From NCBI RefSeq assembly GCF_009914755.1, contig NC_060925.1: a DNA stretch of 64,000 nt. The stretch is one strand, 5' to 3'. Below are positions 28,872 through 49,296 of this stretch, one piece after another; positions within the stretch are counted from its first letter, which is position 1; the number at the start of each line of letters is the position of its first letter. A program made the translations under genes and the position numbers. Under the pieces are notes generated by a model. It ran no database searches and was not told the origin of the DNA. It saw only the letters and a program-made list of their open reading frames with translations. Source of the stretch: the human T2T-CHM13v2.0 reference genome, Homo sapiens.

Positions 28872-29612
28872 TGTGAAAGCTGCTGATGCTAAGACGCAAT
28901 CACTTAAATCAAACCCAAATCAAAGTAGAGCCAGCAGATCATAAGGGAGGGGATCTCATGCTTGTATGTGAGATAACAACTATAACAAAGACTCTTTGAT
29001 GGTCCTTCTGCACATATGACTATGATAACAAGTATTACAAGAACTATCTGACAGCACAAAAATTCTATATAAATTGTTTCTATGAAGACATCTCCCCAGC
29101 AACAGTGTCATCAGCAAGTAACTGCTCGCTTCTGCAGTGAGCCTCTGTAACTAGTAAACTTTGATTTTTTTCATCATCCTCTTTTATTTTATTAGTTTTG
29201 TAAGAATTAGATTTGACTCGTGGATGTTCTTAAAGGGAGCACTACCATAGCCCATGGAAGCAAGAATCAAATAAATGATCAAGTTAAGCTGGTGAGGCTT
29301 TATTCATCACAGGTTGAAGCCACTAAAATTTTCTGCATAAAGAGAGAACCACCAGTCTACATTCAACAGCCTAAACCAACAATTATATATTTATACATGT
29401 GAAAATTTAGCTTGTCCTTTAACTCTTTCTTAAGTTGAATTGTCAATTATGATTGCAGCTTTAAAATCAAGATACTTAACTAGCTGGCTGAGTGACTGGC
29501 CAAACCACCAATCAGGAAAATTGAATTAGTTAAGAGAAGAAATGCAATAAGACTTGAAGAACTGAATGGTGCCTTGGAGGTTACCTGGTTCAACCTTTTC
29601 CCTTAGCCTGGA

Positions 29613-29618
29613 CACACA

Positions 29619-29682
<64 letters not shown>

Positions 29683-29701
29683 CAGAGAAAGAGAGAGAGA
29701 A
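29613..29701. repeat. (CA)n(GA)n compound microsatellite
   Basis: Directly visible. Confidence 0.95.
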
Positions 29702-32700
29702 TATAAATTAAGACCCAGAACTGCAGAACTGGTAGGTGATAAAATCTGTCCAGGACCAAAATTCATACATCTTGACAACATAATGTCTTTCAAAGGGTAA
29801 TAAGCTGCAAGGATATATCTCCCAGATCCTTTCCTTTTTCTCTGTTTCTCTTGGTAGCAATGGTCATATTGTTGAAACCTCTTGCTTATCACAACACTGC
29901 TGGAGGATTTGTAAAACTTGATTTGGATGGTTTACCTCCTCCACTCAAAAATCTTCCATGTCTCTGATTACTTAGAAAATAACAAAATCTTTAGCCAGCA
30001 TTCAAGGCCCTCAACCATCTGGTTCTGCCTTCTTATTCTTTTTATTTCCCTTTAATGTAACTCTTTTTTAGTTTTTAATTTTTGTGGTTACATGGTAGGT
30101 GTATATATTAATGAAGTACATGAGATATTTTGATACAGGCATGCAATGCATAATAATCACATCAAGGAAAATGGGGTATCCATTCCCTCAAGCATTTACC
30201 TTTGTGTTATAAACAATTCAATTGCACTCTTTTAGTTATTTTAAAGTGTACAATTAAATTATTTTGACTATAGTCACCCTTTGTGCTATCAAATACTAGG
30301 TATTGTTCTTTTTTTTCTATTTTCTTTGTACCCATTAACCACTCCCACCTCCCTGCCACACTCCACTACCTTTCCCAGCCTCCAGTAGAAGGATGTTAGC
30401 CATCCTTCTACTCTCTATCTCCATAAGTTCAATTATTTTGATTTTCAGATCCCACCAATAAGCGAGAACATGTAATGTTTGTCTTTCTCTGCCTGGCTTA
30501 TTTCACTTAACACAATGACCTCCAGTTCTATCCATATTGTTGCAAATGACAGGATCTCATTCTTATTTATGGTTGAATAGTACTCCATTGTGTGTAAGTA
30601 TGGCATTTTGTTTATCCACTCATCTGTTGACGCTTAGGTTGCTTCCAAATCTTGCCTATTGTGAACAGTGCTACAACAAACATGGGAGTGCAGATGAGTC
30701 TTTGATATACTGATTTATTTCTTTTGAGCATACAGTCAGAAGTGAGATTGCTGGATCATATCATAGCTCTATTTTTGTTTTTTTGAGGAACCTCCAAACT
30801 GTTCTCCATAGTGATTGTACTAACTTACATTCCCACCACCAGTGTACGAGGGTTCCCTGTTTTCTTCATATCCTCACCAACAATTGTTCTTGCATGTCTT
30901 TTGTATAAAAGCAGGGGCCAGATGATATTTCATTGAAGTTTTGATTTACATTTCTCTGATGATCAATGATGTTGAGCACCTTTTCATATACCTGTTTGCC
31001 ATCTGTAGCTCTTCTTTTGAGAAATGTCTATTCAAATCTTTTGCACATTTTTAAATTAGATTATTAGAGTTTTTACTATAGAGCTGTTTGAACTCCCTGT
31101 ATATTCTGGTTATTAATCCCTTGTCAGAGGGGTAGTTTGCAAGTATTTTCTCTTATTCTGGGGGTTGTCTCTTCATTTTGTCATTTCCTTTTCTGTGCAG
31201 AAGCTTTTTAACGTGATGTGATCCCATTTGTCTATTTTTGCTTTGATTGTCTCTGCTTATAGGGTATTATTCAAGAAATCTTTGTCCAGACTGAAGCCTT
31301 GAAGTTTCCCCCCAGTGTTTTCTTTTAGTAGTTTCATAGTTTGAGGTCTTAGATTTAAGTCTTTAATCAATTTTGATTTGATATTTGAATATGGTGAGAG
31401 ATATTTCACCATATCTTTCTTTCATTCTTTTGCATATGCATATACAGTTTCATTCTTTTGCATATGCATATACAGTTTTCCCAGCATTGTATAAATGTCT
31501 GAAGACACAGCCTTTTCCCCAGTGTATGTTCTTGACACCTTTGTCGAAAATAAATTCTCTGTAAATTATGGATTCACTGTAGGCATGTGGATTTGTTTCT
31601 GGGTTTTTTATTCTGTCTCATTGGTCTATGTGTCTATTTTATACCAGTATCACACTGTTTTGGTTACTATAGCTCTGTAGTATAATTTGAAGTCAGGTAA
31701 TGTGATTCTTCCAGTTTTGTTATTTTTGCTCAGGATGCTATTCTGGGTCTTTTGCAGTTGCATTTTTGGATTGTTTTTTCTATTTCCATGAAAAATGTTA
31801 TTGGTATTTTGATAGGAATTGCATTGAATCTCTAGATTGCCTTGCATGGTATGGGCATTTTAACAATGTTGATTCTTACAATCCATGAATATGGAATATC
31901 TTCCCATTTTCTGGTGTCCTCTCCAATTTCTCTCATCAGTGTTTTATGGTTCATTGTAGAGTTCTTTCACTTCTTTGGTTAATTCCTAGACATTTAATTT
32001 TATTTGTGGCTATTGTAAATGGGATTACTTTTTTCCATATTGTTCATTGTTGGTGTATAGAAATGTTACTGATTTTTATATGTTGATTTTGTATCCTGAA
32101 ACTTTACTGCATTTACCAGTTCTAGCAGTTTTTTGATCCAGTTCTTAAGTTTTTTCCAAATATAAGATTATATCATCTGGAAACAAAGATAATTTGATGT
32201 CTTTTTTTTTTCCAATTTGGGTGCCCTTTATTTCTTTCTCTTGTCTAATTGCTATAGTTATGACTTTTATCACTATACTGAATAACAGTGGTGAGCGTGG
32301 ACATTCTTGTCATGTTCCAAATCTTAGAGGAAAGACTTTCAGTTATTCCCCATTCAGTTTGATATTAGTGTGGGTCTGTCATATATGGCTTTTATTATGT
32401 TGAGGTATGTTTCTTCTATACCCAATATTCTGAGAGTGTTTCATCATAAAGAGATCTTGAATTTTACCAAATCCTTTTTCAGCATCAATTGAAATGATTA
32501 TATGGTTGTTGCCCTTCATTCTATTGGTATGATGTATCACATTGATTGATTTGTGTATGCTGAACCATTTGTACATTCCTGGGATAAATCCCGCTTGGTC
32601 ATGATGAATAATCTTTTTAAGGTAATGTTGAATTTGGTATATTGTGGAAGATTTTTCCTGGTATATTGTTGAAGATTTTTGCATCAACTTTCATCAGAGA

Positions 32701-32870
32701 TATTGGCTTGTAGTTGTATTTTTTAACATTTCTTTGTCTGGTTTTGAAATCAGGGTAATACTGGCCTTGCAGAATGAGTTTGGAAGTATTTCCTCCTCCT
32801 ATTTTTTGGAATAGTTTGAGTATAATTGGCATTAGTACTTCTCTCAATGCTTGGTAGAATTCAGCAGTGA

Positions 32871-33137
<267 letters not shown>

Positions 33138-33589
33138 TGAGCAGACCAATAACAAGTAACAAGATCGAAGCTGGGAGACATTATTATAGCTTCAATATTA
33201 TTATTCGTTATTGGTTTGTTCAGGTTTTGGATTTCTTCATGGTTTAATCTTGACAGATTTTATGTGTATAGGAATTTATCCATTTCCTCTGGATTTTTCC
33301 AATTTATCGACATATAGTTGCTCATAATAACCACTAATGCTCATTTGAATTTCTGCATTATTAGTTGTAATGTCTCCTTTTTCATCTGTGATTTTATTTA
33401 TTTGGGTATTCTCCCTTTTGTTCTTTATTAGTCTGGCTAAAGGTTTGTCAATTTTGTTTATCTTTTCAAAAAACCAACTTGTTGTTTTCTTCATTTTGAA
33501 TTCATTTATTTCTGCTCTGATCTTTTATTCTTTTCTTCTAATTTTGGGTTCAGTTTGCTCTTACTTTTCTAGTTCTTTAAGACCTATTG

Positions 33590-33745
33590 TTTTTTCTTTT
33601 CATCAACTTTTATTTTAAGTTCTGGGGTACATGTACAGGATGTGCAGGTTTGTTACATGAGTAAACCTGTGCCATGGTGGTTTGCTGCACAGATCAACCC
33701 ATCATCTAGGTATTAAGCCCAGAATCCATTAGTTATTCTTTCTGA
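33590..33745 (-). mobile_element. Short L1PA 3' end
   Basis: ttaagttctggggtacatgtacaggatgtgcagg. Confidence 0.85.
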
Positions 33746-35139
33746 TTTTTCTTCTTTTTGGATGTAGGCACTTAGAGCTATAAATTTCCCTTAGTACTGC
33801 TTTTGCTGTATCCTATAGGTTTTGGTATGTTGTGTTGCCATTATCATTTGTTTCAAGAAATTTTTAAATTTCCTTCTTAATTTCTTCATTGACCCACCTG
33901 TCATTTAGGATCATATTATTTAATTTCCATGTGTTTGTATGGTGTCAAAAACTCCTATTATTGATTTGTAGTTTTATTCCATTGTTTTCAGGGAGTATGC
34001 TTGATATTATTTCAATTTTTGAATGTTTTCAGACATGTTTTGTGACCTAACATATCACCCAACCTTGAGAATAATCCATATGCTGAGGAGAATCATGTGT
34101 ATTCTGCAGTCTCTGGGTGAAATATTCTGTAAATATCTATTAGGTCAATTTGTTCTATAGTGTAGCTTACATTCAATGTTTCTTTATTGAGTTTCTGAAT
34201 GGCAGATTTGCCCAGTGTTGAAATTGGGGTATTGAAGTCTCCAGCTATTAGAGTATTGAGGTCTATCTCTCTCTTTGGTTCCAAAAAAATTTGCTTTATA
34301 TATCTGGGTACTCCAGTGTTGGATGCATATATTATAGTCATTATATCCTGCTGCTGGCTGATCCTTTTATCATTATATAATTATTTTTTGTCTCTTCTTA
34401 CAGTTTTCATCTGAAAATCTATTTTGTTTGATATAAATATAGCTACTCCTGCTCTTTTTTGGTTTCCATTGGCATGGAATATCTTTTTCCATCCCTTTAT
34501 TTTCAGTCTATGTGTCTCTTTATAGGTGAAGAGTATTTCTTGCAGGTACCAGATTACTGAGTCTTGTTTTTTCATTCATTCAGCCAGTCTATGTCTTTTG
34601 ATTGGAGAGTTTAGTCCATTTACATTCAATGTTACTGTTGATAAGCAGGGATTTACTCATGCCATTTTGTTATTTGTTTTCTGCTTTTTGTGTTATTCTC
34701 TTCTTTACTGTCTTCCTTTAAGTGAAGGTAATATTTTCCCTAGTGGTATAATTTTATTTTGCTTTTTATTTTTGTGTATATGTTGTATGTTTTTTTATTT
34801 GAGGTTACCATTAGGCTTGCAAATACTATCTGGTAACCCATTATTTTAAACTGATGACAACTTAACATTTATTGCATAAACAAACAAACATGCAAAAAGA
34901 AAACTAATACAAACTCTACACTTTAATTTAATACTCCCACTTTTTAACTTTTTGTTGTTTCTCTTTATGTCTTATTGTATTGTCTATGACTTGAAAAGTT
35001 GTTGTAGCTATTTTTCATTGGTTAATGATTTAGTTTTTCTACTTAAAAGCAGTTTGCAACCGCAGTTAGTGTTATACTGTTCTGCATTTTTCTGTGTGCT
35101 TACTATTCCTAGTGAGTTTTGTACCTTAAGAGGATTTCT

Positions 35140-35441
35140 TTTTTTTTTTTTGATGGAGCCTCGCTCTGTCGCCCAGGGTGGAGTGCAGTGGCAGGATCCC
35201 GGCTCACTGCAAGCTCCGCTTCCTGGGTTCATGCCATTCTCCTGCCTCAGCCTCCTGAGTAGCTGGGACTACAGGCACCCACCACCATGCCCAGCTTTTT
35301 TTTTTTTTTTTTTTTGTATTTTTAGTAGAGATGGGGTTTCACCGTGTTAGCCATGATGATCTCGATCTCCTGACCTCGTGATCCACCAGCCTCGGCCTCC
35401 CAAAGTGCTGGGATTACAGGCATGAGCCACTGTGCCCCGCC
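35140..35441 (-). mobile_element. AluY SINE
   Basis: 18-bp TSD taccttaagaggatttct at 35122-35139 and 35442-35459. Confidence 0.96.
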
Positions 35442-35832
35442 TACCTTAAGAGGATTTCTAATGTCCTTTGCTTTCTGACTGAAGTACTCCCCTTAGCGTT
35501 TCTTGTAGGACAGCTCTGGTGTTGGTGAAATCCCTCAGCTTTGTTTGTCTGGAAAAGTCTTTATATCTCCTTCACGTTTGAAAAATATTTTTGGTAAATA
35601 TACTATTCTAGGGTAAGTTTTTTTTTTTTCCTTAAGCACTTTGAATATGTCATGTGATTCTCTTTTGGCCTGTAAGGTTTCCATGGAAAAGTCTGCTGCC
35701 AGACATATTGATACGCCATTGTATGTTATTTGTTCTTTTCTCTTTCTGCTTTTTTCTTTATCTTTGACCTTTAGAAGTTTGATAATTAGATGCCTTGAGG
35801 CAGTCTTCTTTGGGGTGAATATACTTGGTGTT

Positions 35833-36204
35833 TGATATGGTTTGGCTGTGTCCCCACCAAAATCTCATCTTAAATTGAAACTCCCACAATTCCCACGTGT
35901 CACTGGAGAAACCCAGTGGGAGGTGATTGAATTACGGGGGTGGGTCTTTCCTGTGCTGTTCTCTTGATAGTGAATGAGTCTCATGAGATCTGATGATTTT
36001 AAAAATGGGAGTTTCCCTGCACAAGCTCTCTATTTTGCCTGCCACCGTCCATGTAAGACGTGACTTTCTCCTCCTTGCTCCTCCTTACCTTCCATCATGA
36101 TTGTGAGGCCTCCCCAGCCACTTGGAACTGTAAGTCCATAAAACTTCTTTTTCTTCCCAGTCGTGGATATGTCTTTATCAGCAGCATGAAAACAGACTAA
36201 TACA
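35833..36204 (+). mobile_element. THE1B/C solo LTR
   Basis: tgatatggtttggctgtgtcccc...gactaataca; TSD gtgtt/atgtt. Confidence 0.93.
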
Positions 36205-36477
36205 ATGTTCTATAACCTTCTTGTATATGGATATTGATATCGACATCTTTCTCTAGGATTTCTCTATTATTATCCCTTTGAATAGGCTTTCTATTCCTTT
36301 CTCTCTCTCTCTACTTTCTCTTTAAGGCCAACAACTTAAATTTGCCCTTTTGAGGCTATTTTGTAGATCTTGTAGGCATGCTTTATTGTTTGTTATTCTT
36401 TTTTCTTTTATCTATCTCCTCTGACAGTATTTTCAAATAGCCTGTCTTCAGGCTCACTAATTCTTTCTTCTGCCTGA

Positions 36478-37124
<647 letters not shown>

Positions 37125-37737
37125 ACCATTTGCATTTTTTAGCTCCAGAATTTCTCCTAAAAAATGTGATTTTTAAAAATTATTTCAATCTCTTTGTTAA
37201 ATTTATCTGATAAAATTCTGAATTCCTTCTCTGTGCCATATTGAATTTCTTTTAGTTTCCTGAAAACAGCTATTTTGAATTCTGTCTGAAGGGTCACATA
37301 TCTCTGTTTCTTCAGGATTGGTCCTTGGTGCCTTATTAAGTTAGTTTGGTGAGGTCATGTTTTCCTGGATATCTTGATGTTTGTAAATATTCATCAGTGT
37401 CTGGGCATTGAAGAGTTAAGCATTTATTGTAGTCTTCACAGTCTGGGCATGTTTGTGCCCATCCTGTTTGAGAAAGTTTTCCAGGTATTCAAAGGAACTT
37501 GGGCCCTAAGTCCAGTAATACTCTTGTTGATGAAGACTTGCAGAGGTACTGCCTTAGTGGTCTTGGATAATATCCAGAATACTTATCTATATTACCAGGC
37601 AGAGACTTTTGTTCTTTTCCCTTACTTTCTTCCAAATAAACAGAATCTCTGTGTGTACTGAGCTGCCTGAAACTAAGGGAGTGGTAATGCAAGCCCTCTG
37701 TGGCCACCCATCACTGGGACTGTACTGGGTCAGACCT

Positions 37738-37998
37738 TGATATGGTTTAGGTGTGTCCCCAATCAAATCACATCTTAAATTGTAACTCCCATAATCCCCA
37801 TGTGTCATGGGAGGGATGCAGTGGGAGGTAACTGGATCATGGGGGTGGGTTTTCCCATGCTGTTCTCATGATAGTAAATAAGTTTCATGAGATCTGATGG
37901 TTTTATAAAGGGGAGGTCCCCTGTACATGCTCTCTTGCCTGCCACCATGTAAGATGTGACTTTGCTCCTCTTTTGCCTTTCAACATGATTGTGAGGCC
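37738..37998 (+). mobile_element. THE1 LTR, 3'-truncated
   Basis: tgatatggtt start; breaks off at catgattgtgaggcc. Confidence 0.88.
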
Positions 37999-38541
37999 AT
38001 TACTGGATATATACCCAAAGAATTATAAATCATTCTACTATAATGACACATGCACATGTATGTTTATTGCAGCACTATTTACAATAGAAAAGACTTGGAA
38101 CCAACCCAAATGCCCATCAATTATTGAATTTGAAAAATGTGGCACATATACATCATGAAATACTATGCAGCCATAAAAAGGAATGAGATCATGTCCTTTG
38201 CAGGGACATAGATGGAGCTGGAAGCCATCATTCAAGCAAACTAACACAGGAACAGAAAACCAAACCCCGCATATTCTCACTCATAAGTGGGAGTTGAACA
38301 ATGAGAACACATGGACGCAAGGAGAGGAACATCACAACCCGGGACCTGTCGGGAGGTGGAGGGGCAAGGGGAGGGAAAGCATTAGGGCGAATACCTAATG
38401 CATGTGGGGCTTAAAACCTAGATGACAGGTTGATAAGTGCAGCAAATCACCATGGCACATGTATACCTTTGTAACAGACCTGCATGTTCTGCACATGTAT
38501 CCCAGAACTTAAAGTAAAATAAAGAAAAATAATTAAAATAA
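37997..38541 (+). mobile_element. 5'-truncated L1PA7/8 3' end
   Basis: ORF2 C-terminus KTWNQPKCPS, 3'UTR, A-rich tail. Confidence 0.9.
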
Positions 38542-38800
38542 ATGTGTTTTTCCTGTGAGGGGGATGAATGATGTAAGATTCTATTCTGCCATTTTGCTCC
38601 ATCCTCTTCTAAACTTTGTATTAAGACAGCTCGCATAAACTTTTACCTTTAATAACTTCTCCCTTGCATAACTAACCTCCTCACATATGCCTATGATCAA
38701 TGATAGCATGCATATCCCATATTATAACCTCCTGCTTATTCCCAAATAAATTTTTTCTTTGGAGAGCCACTCTCTGTTGTTACTTTAGGTTAACATAATG

Positions 38801-38818
38801 TGGTGTCAGAAGTGAGAT
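38801..38818 (+). other. Primer binding site, tRNA-Leu(CAA)
   Basis: tggtgtcagaagtgagat, 17/18 to TGGTGTCAGAAGTGGGAT, 5 nt after the LTR end. Confidence 0.8.
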
Positions 38819-39812
38819 CCAAGCAAGCTCACCTTGCAAGAATCGGCACCCCCTGGAATTGTGTACAGTATCCACCTGAACTTCTTAGGCTCTGTGCATC
38901 TGTTGAGTTGCCTTTTCACCTTAGTGAATCTCCTCTTGGATTCTTGAACTTCCTCCTTTTGATTAGGTTTTTTTTTCTTTATTTGGTATCTGATTTAGAT
39001 AAGGCTGCTTTAGTAAAGGACCTTAAATCCCTCTTGGGACTGTAAAAGACTTTTATGTCTTTTCTGGTAAATCTTTCCTAGTATAAGGTTGGTTTATCTT
39101 TCTGGTAAGTACACTTGGTTTAAGTTTTGGTTATTTATGCAGGTCTGTAAATGATTTTGTCCTTTTACTTTTCTTCTCTCTTTACTCACATGTTTCTGAA
39201 CATCTTTCAAAAGCAAAGATAAGCATATTAAGCTGATAAGATTTTCTTTTGGCACATGAGTGATTAATAAGAAATGAAATGAGATTCTTCAATTCTAAAG
39301 CATATGATGCTTTCAGGAACTCCAACTGATTATATGTTCAAACATTACGGCCCTTCTTAGTGCACATTTTTAAAGCAATGAACAAATTACACCAAAAATA
39401 ACTCAGAATTTCCACGTCCATATGAAAAATCATTCAAACTTTTCAAAATTGTTTTTCTTAGAGCTATATTAGAAAATTATGTCTATAAAGTTAAACAGTC
39501 CAAATGAGATATACATTTTTAATTGTCATCCTGAGGTTTCAAAATGCATTTAGAACACAAGCATTACTTCACTGCAAAATACTGTCTCAAAGCTGACTGA
39601 GTCTCTTTCTTCTCCAAAGACTTCCTCTTCTCTTCCTACAACTCCTCCTCTTCTTTTTTCTTCTCTGGCAGAAATCTTATTTTTTTCAAAACTTCTCAGG
39701 TACTAACACAATTCTCTTCACAGCCACCAACTCAGATTTGTATATGTGAAATTTCTAAGACGTTAAAATATGCTGTTCTGGCATATTGACTATTTCAGTT
39801 AAAGACACTTGA

Positions 39813-39948
39813 GGGCTAGGTGTGGTGACTCATGCCTGTAATCCTAGTACTTGGGAGGCCAAGGTGGGAGGATCACTTGGACCCAGGAGTTCAAGAACAG
39901 CTAGGGCAACATGGAGAGACCCCATCTCTATTAAAAAAAAAAAAAAGA
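39813..39948 (+). mobile_element. FLAM/AluJ left monomer
   Basis: ggctaggtgtggtgactcatgcctgtaatcc...; A tail. Confidence 0.85.
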
Positions 39949-40429
39949 GAGAGAGAGAGACTTGAAAAACAGCAGGTACATAAAGATCACTTTGACCTTC
40001 ACTCTTTTTTTAAAAAAGCAGAAGATAAACTTCCCATGTGAAAGTCAGCCTCCCTATACTGGAAGAAAAGGCAAAATCCTTATCTTCAAAAAGAACACAT
40101 ATACACCTTATTAGAATGACACAACTTTTAAGCCTCCTTATATTATTTAGTCACATTTTTAGAGTTTACTATTCTTTATCCAATCCAGCACATTGGTAAC
40201 TGACTCTAGCTGCTTCTTTGGGGCCTTTACTTCCTTATGTGGGCTCCCACGCCACATAAAATTTATATTGGGTTTTTCTCCTGTTAATATATCTTATGTT
40301 AATTTAATTTTTGGACCTAATTGTGACCCTAAAGGCTGGGACATTTCACTCACTCTAGAGCCCTCAGATGAGATTCGGGAGCCAGTTACAGAGGCTCATA
40401 CTTGGCTTACTCTTTTTAGACTTTCTCCA

Positions 40430-40535
40430 AGCTACTCAGAAGACTGAAGCAGAAGGATCACTTGAGGCCAGGAGTTCAAGATCAGCCTGAGCAACATAGT
40501 GAAACCCTATCTCTAAAAATACAAAAAAAACAAAA
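40430..40535 (+). mobile_element. Alu monomer fragment
   Basis: ggatcacttgaggccaggagttcaagatcagcctg. Confidence 0.8.
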
Positions 40536-41885
40536 ATGTGATCCTGAGAAAAGGAAACAAAAAGTAAGAATTCAACATTCTTGAATCTTTATCCATAATG
40601 CCTGGTTGAGAGAAAAAAAGTTGTTTAAAGTTTTGTCTTTATTTTTCTAAATTTGGAATAAGAAGAAAGAAATACATTTGTAGAATTTTTTTTAAATTTT
40701 GACTGCTGTTAATAGGATTTTGGGTGTCCATTGGTTATTGATGAACAGCCTCCCAGACATAGTCCTTGTTTTCCTTGTCTCTATTTTTTGTGTGATTTTT
40801 TTTCTAAAGAAAAATTATAGTATACCTATTACCATATTGTAGCCCCGTTTATTGTTTTTGAGTTTTTGTTATTTTACAATCTGAACCAAATCCCAAACTC
40901 TTCTAGTTCCCTCTAATTTCTCACTACCATAGGTCTCACCCAGTTCTCCATGGCCATTCAATTTGTTTAGTTGGTTGCCTGTAAACCTAGATCCATAGTT
41001 CAGAACCATTATACAAACTTGAGTTATCATACTGTGGTTGTATTATTCTTTTAAAACTTTGTACCTGTTGTTGGTCAAATTTCTACAGACATACAACACC
41101 TAACAGAGTAATGTTGTCAAGCGCTTCAGAAGAATACTTTCAACACCTATGGAATTGACAAAATTGAACTTGCCAGGGAACTCCAGGAAAACTTAGCCTG
41201 ACAGCCACTCCTTTAGACCTCCTTGTTGCTCAAATGTGACCAGAAGAATCTTGACATTGACTCGGAATTGTTAGCTATCACCCCTCCCTCCCAATGTGGG
41301 ACCAGACCAACCAGGACAGGTCGATTCCAGCACTGAAGGACAATTAAAACCTAACTGCAGATTGATTTAGCAGCAATGCTTTCAGAGAAAGGTCTTGATC
41401 AAAAGGGGAAAATATAAAAGCTGCCTATGGCAAAATTGAGTCACTTATATTAGACCCAAGGCTGCACAGCTGGCAGGTCATGAAGGAGGGGTCCTCATGC
41501 TTGTATGTCTGAGATAAGAACTATTACCAAGACTCTCTGAAGGCCTGAGGCACATATGCCCATGGTAAGAACTATTATAAGAACTCTCTGAAAGCACAAA
41601 AAATTCCAGATAAATTGCTTCTATGAAGACATCTTCCCAACGGCAATTAGTGTTACCAATGAGTAATCACCAGTCCCTGCAATGGGCTTCTGTGACTGAT
41701 CAACTTTAAGACAGCTTGCATGAACTTCCCCCTTTTGCCTTAATAGCTTCTCCTTGTCCTAACATCTTTGAATATGCCTATGATCTGTTCTAGCACTCAT
41801 ATCCCAGATTATAATTCCCTGCTTGTTCCTGAATAAATGTATGTCTTTGAAGAACCACTCTCTCTGTTGCTCTTTTAGGTAGACA

Positions 41886-42449
41886 AAACTTATAAATGAA
41901 TTAAGTAAAGTTTCAGAATACAAAATTAATGTTAAAATATCACTTGCATTTCTTGCATCAATAACAAACTATCTGAAAAAGAAATAAAGAAACAAACCTA
42001 TTCATGAAAGCTTCAAAAAGAATAAAATACCTAGGAATAAATTTAACCAAGGAAGTGAAACACCTGCACATTGAAAAAAATCCATAAAGATCCAGTGTTT
42101 ATGGATTAGAAGAATTAAAATTGTCAAAATGTCTATACTACCCCAAAAGATCTACAGATTCAACACAATCTTTATCAAAATTCCAAATGCATTTTTTTTT
42201 TACAAAAATAGAAAAAAAAAGTCTAAAATTTTTGTGGAATCATAAGATACCTAGAGTAGTCAAAACAATCAAGAGAAAGAAAAACATTGTTGGAGAAATC
42301 ATACTTCTTGATTTCAAATTATATTATAAAGCAATAGTAATCAAAACAGTATGGTTCTGGCACAAAAACAGACACATAGCCCAATGAAGCAGAATAAACA
42401 GTGCAGATATAAATTCCAACCTTACACGTCAACTAATTTTCCACAAGGA
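41886..42449 (+). mobile_element. L1M ORF2 fragment (host of the ERV1 provirus)
   Basis: [23 protein letters not shown]. Confidence 0.88.
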
Positions 42450-42938
42450 CAGCTCTTCTTTATTGGTGCTTTTATCAGTATGTGGTACTAAAATCCATAA
42501 TTTCAGTCCTGCACATTAAGATCAAGAGTTTCTAGCTTACATTTTTTTTCTATATTTATCTGAACATATTTTCTAAGGAATTATTCTAAGTGTAGCAGAA
42601 ATTGGCCCATGGTGTTTACTGCTGCCTGCTTTATGAGTATAGTCTTGCTTAATAGAAGAATGATTAGAAATTTTGTCAGGTCTGTGATGTAATCCTGAAT
42701 GCAGTAATATAGAAGGTCCTTGTTGTAAATTGATGTAGTACTGGCTACTAGACAAAAATATCTCCTGCTTCTGTGAATATATCTGTTCTGTCCTTGCTGA
42801 TTCTTGATGTTGAGGCCATTCCTTGTGTGATGGCAAATGTATGAGATATTTGACATTCCTGTTGCTAACATTGACAAATTATCAGTATATGACTGTCTTT
42901 TACAGAAATATTGCCTGAATTTAGAAGTACTAGCCTAG

Positions 42939-49296
<6,358 letters not shown>

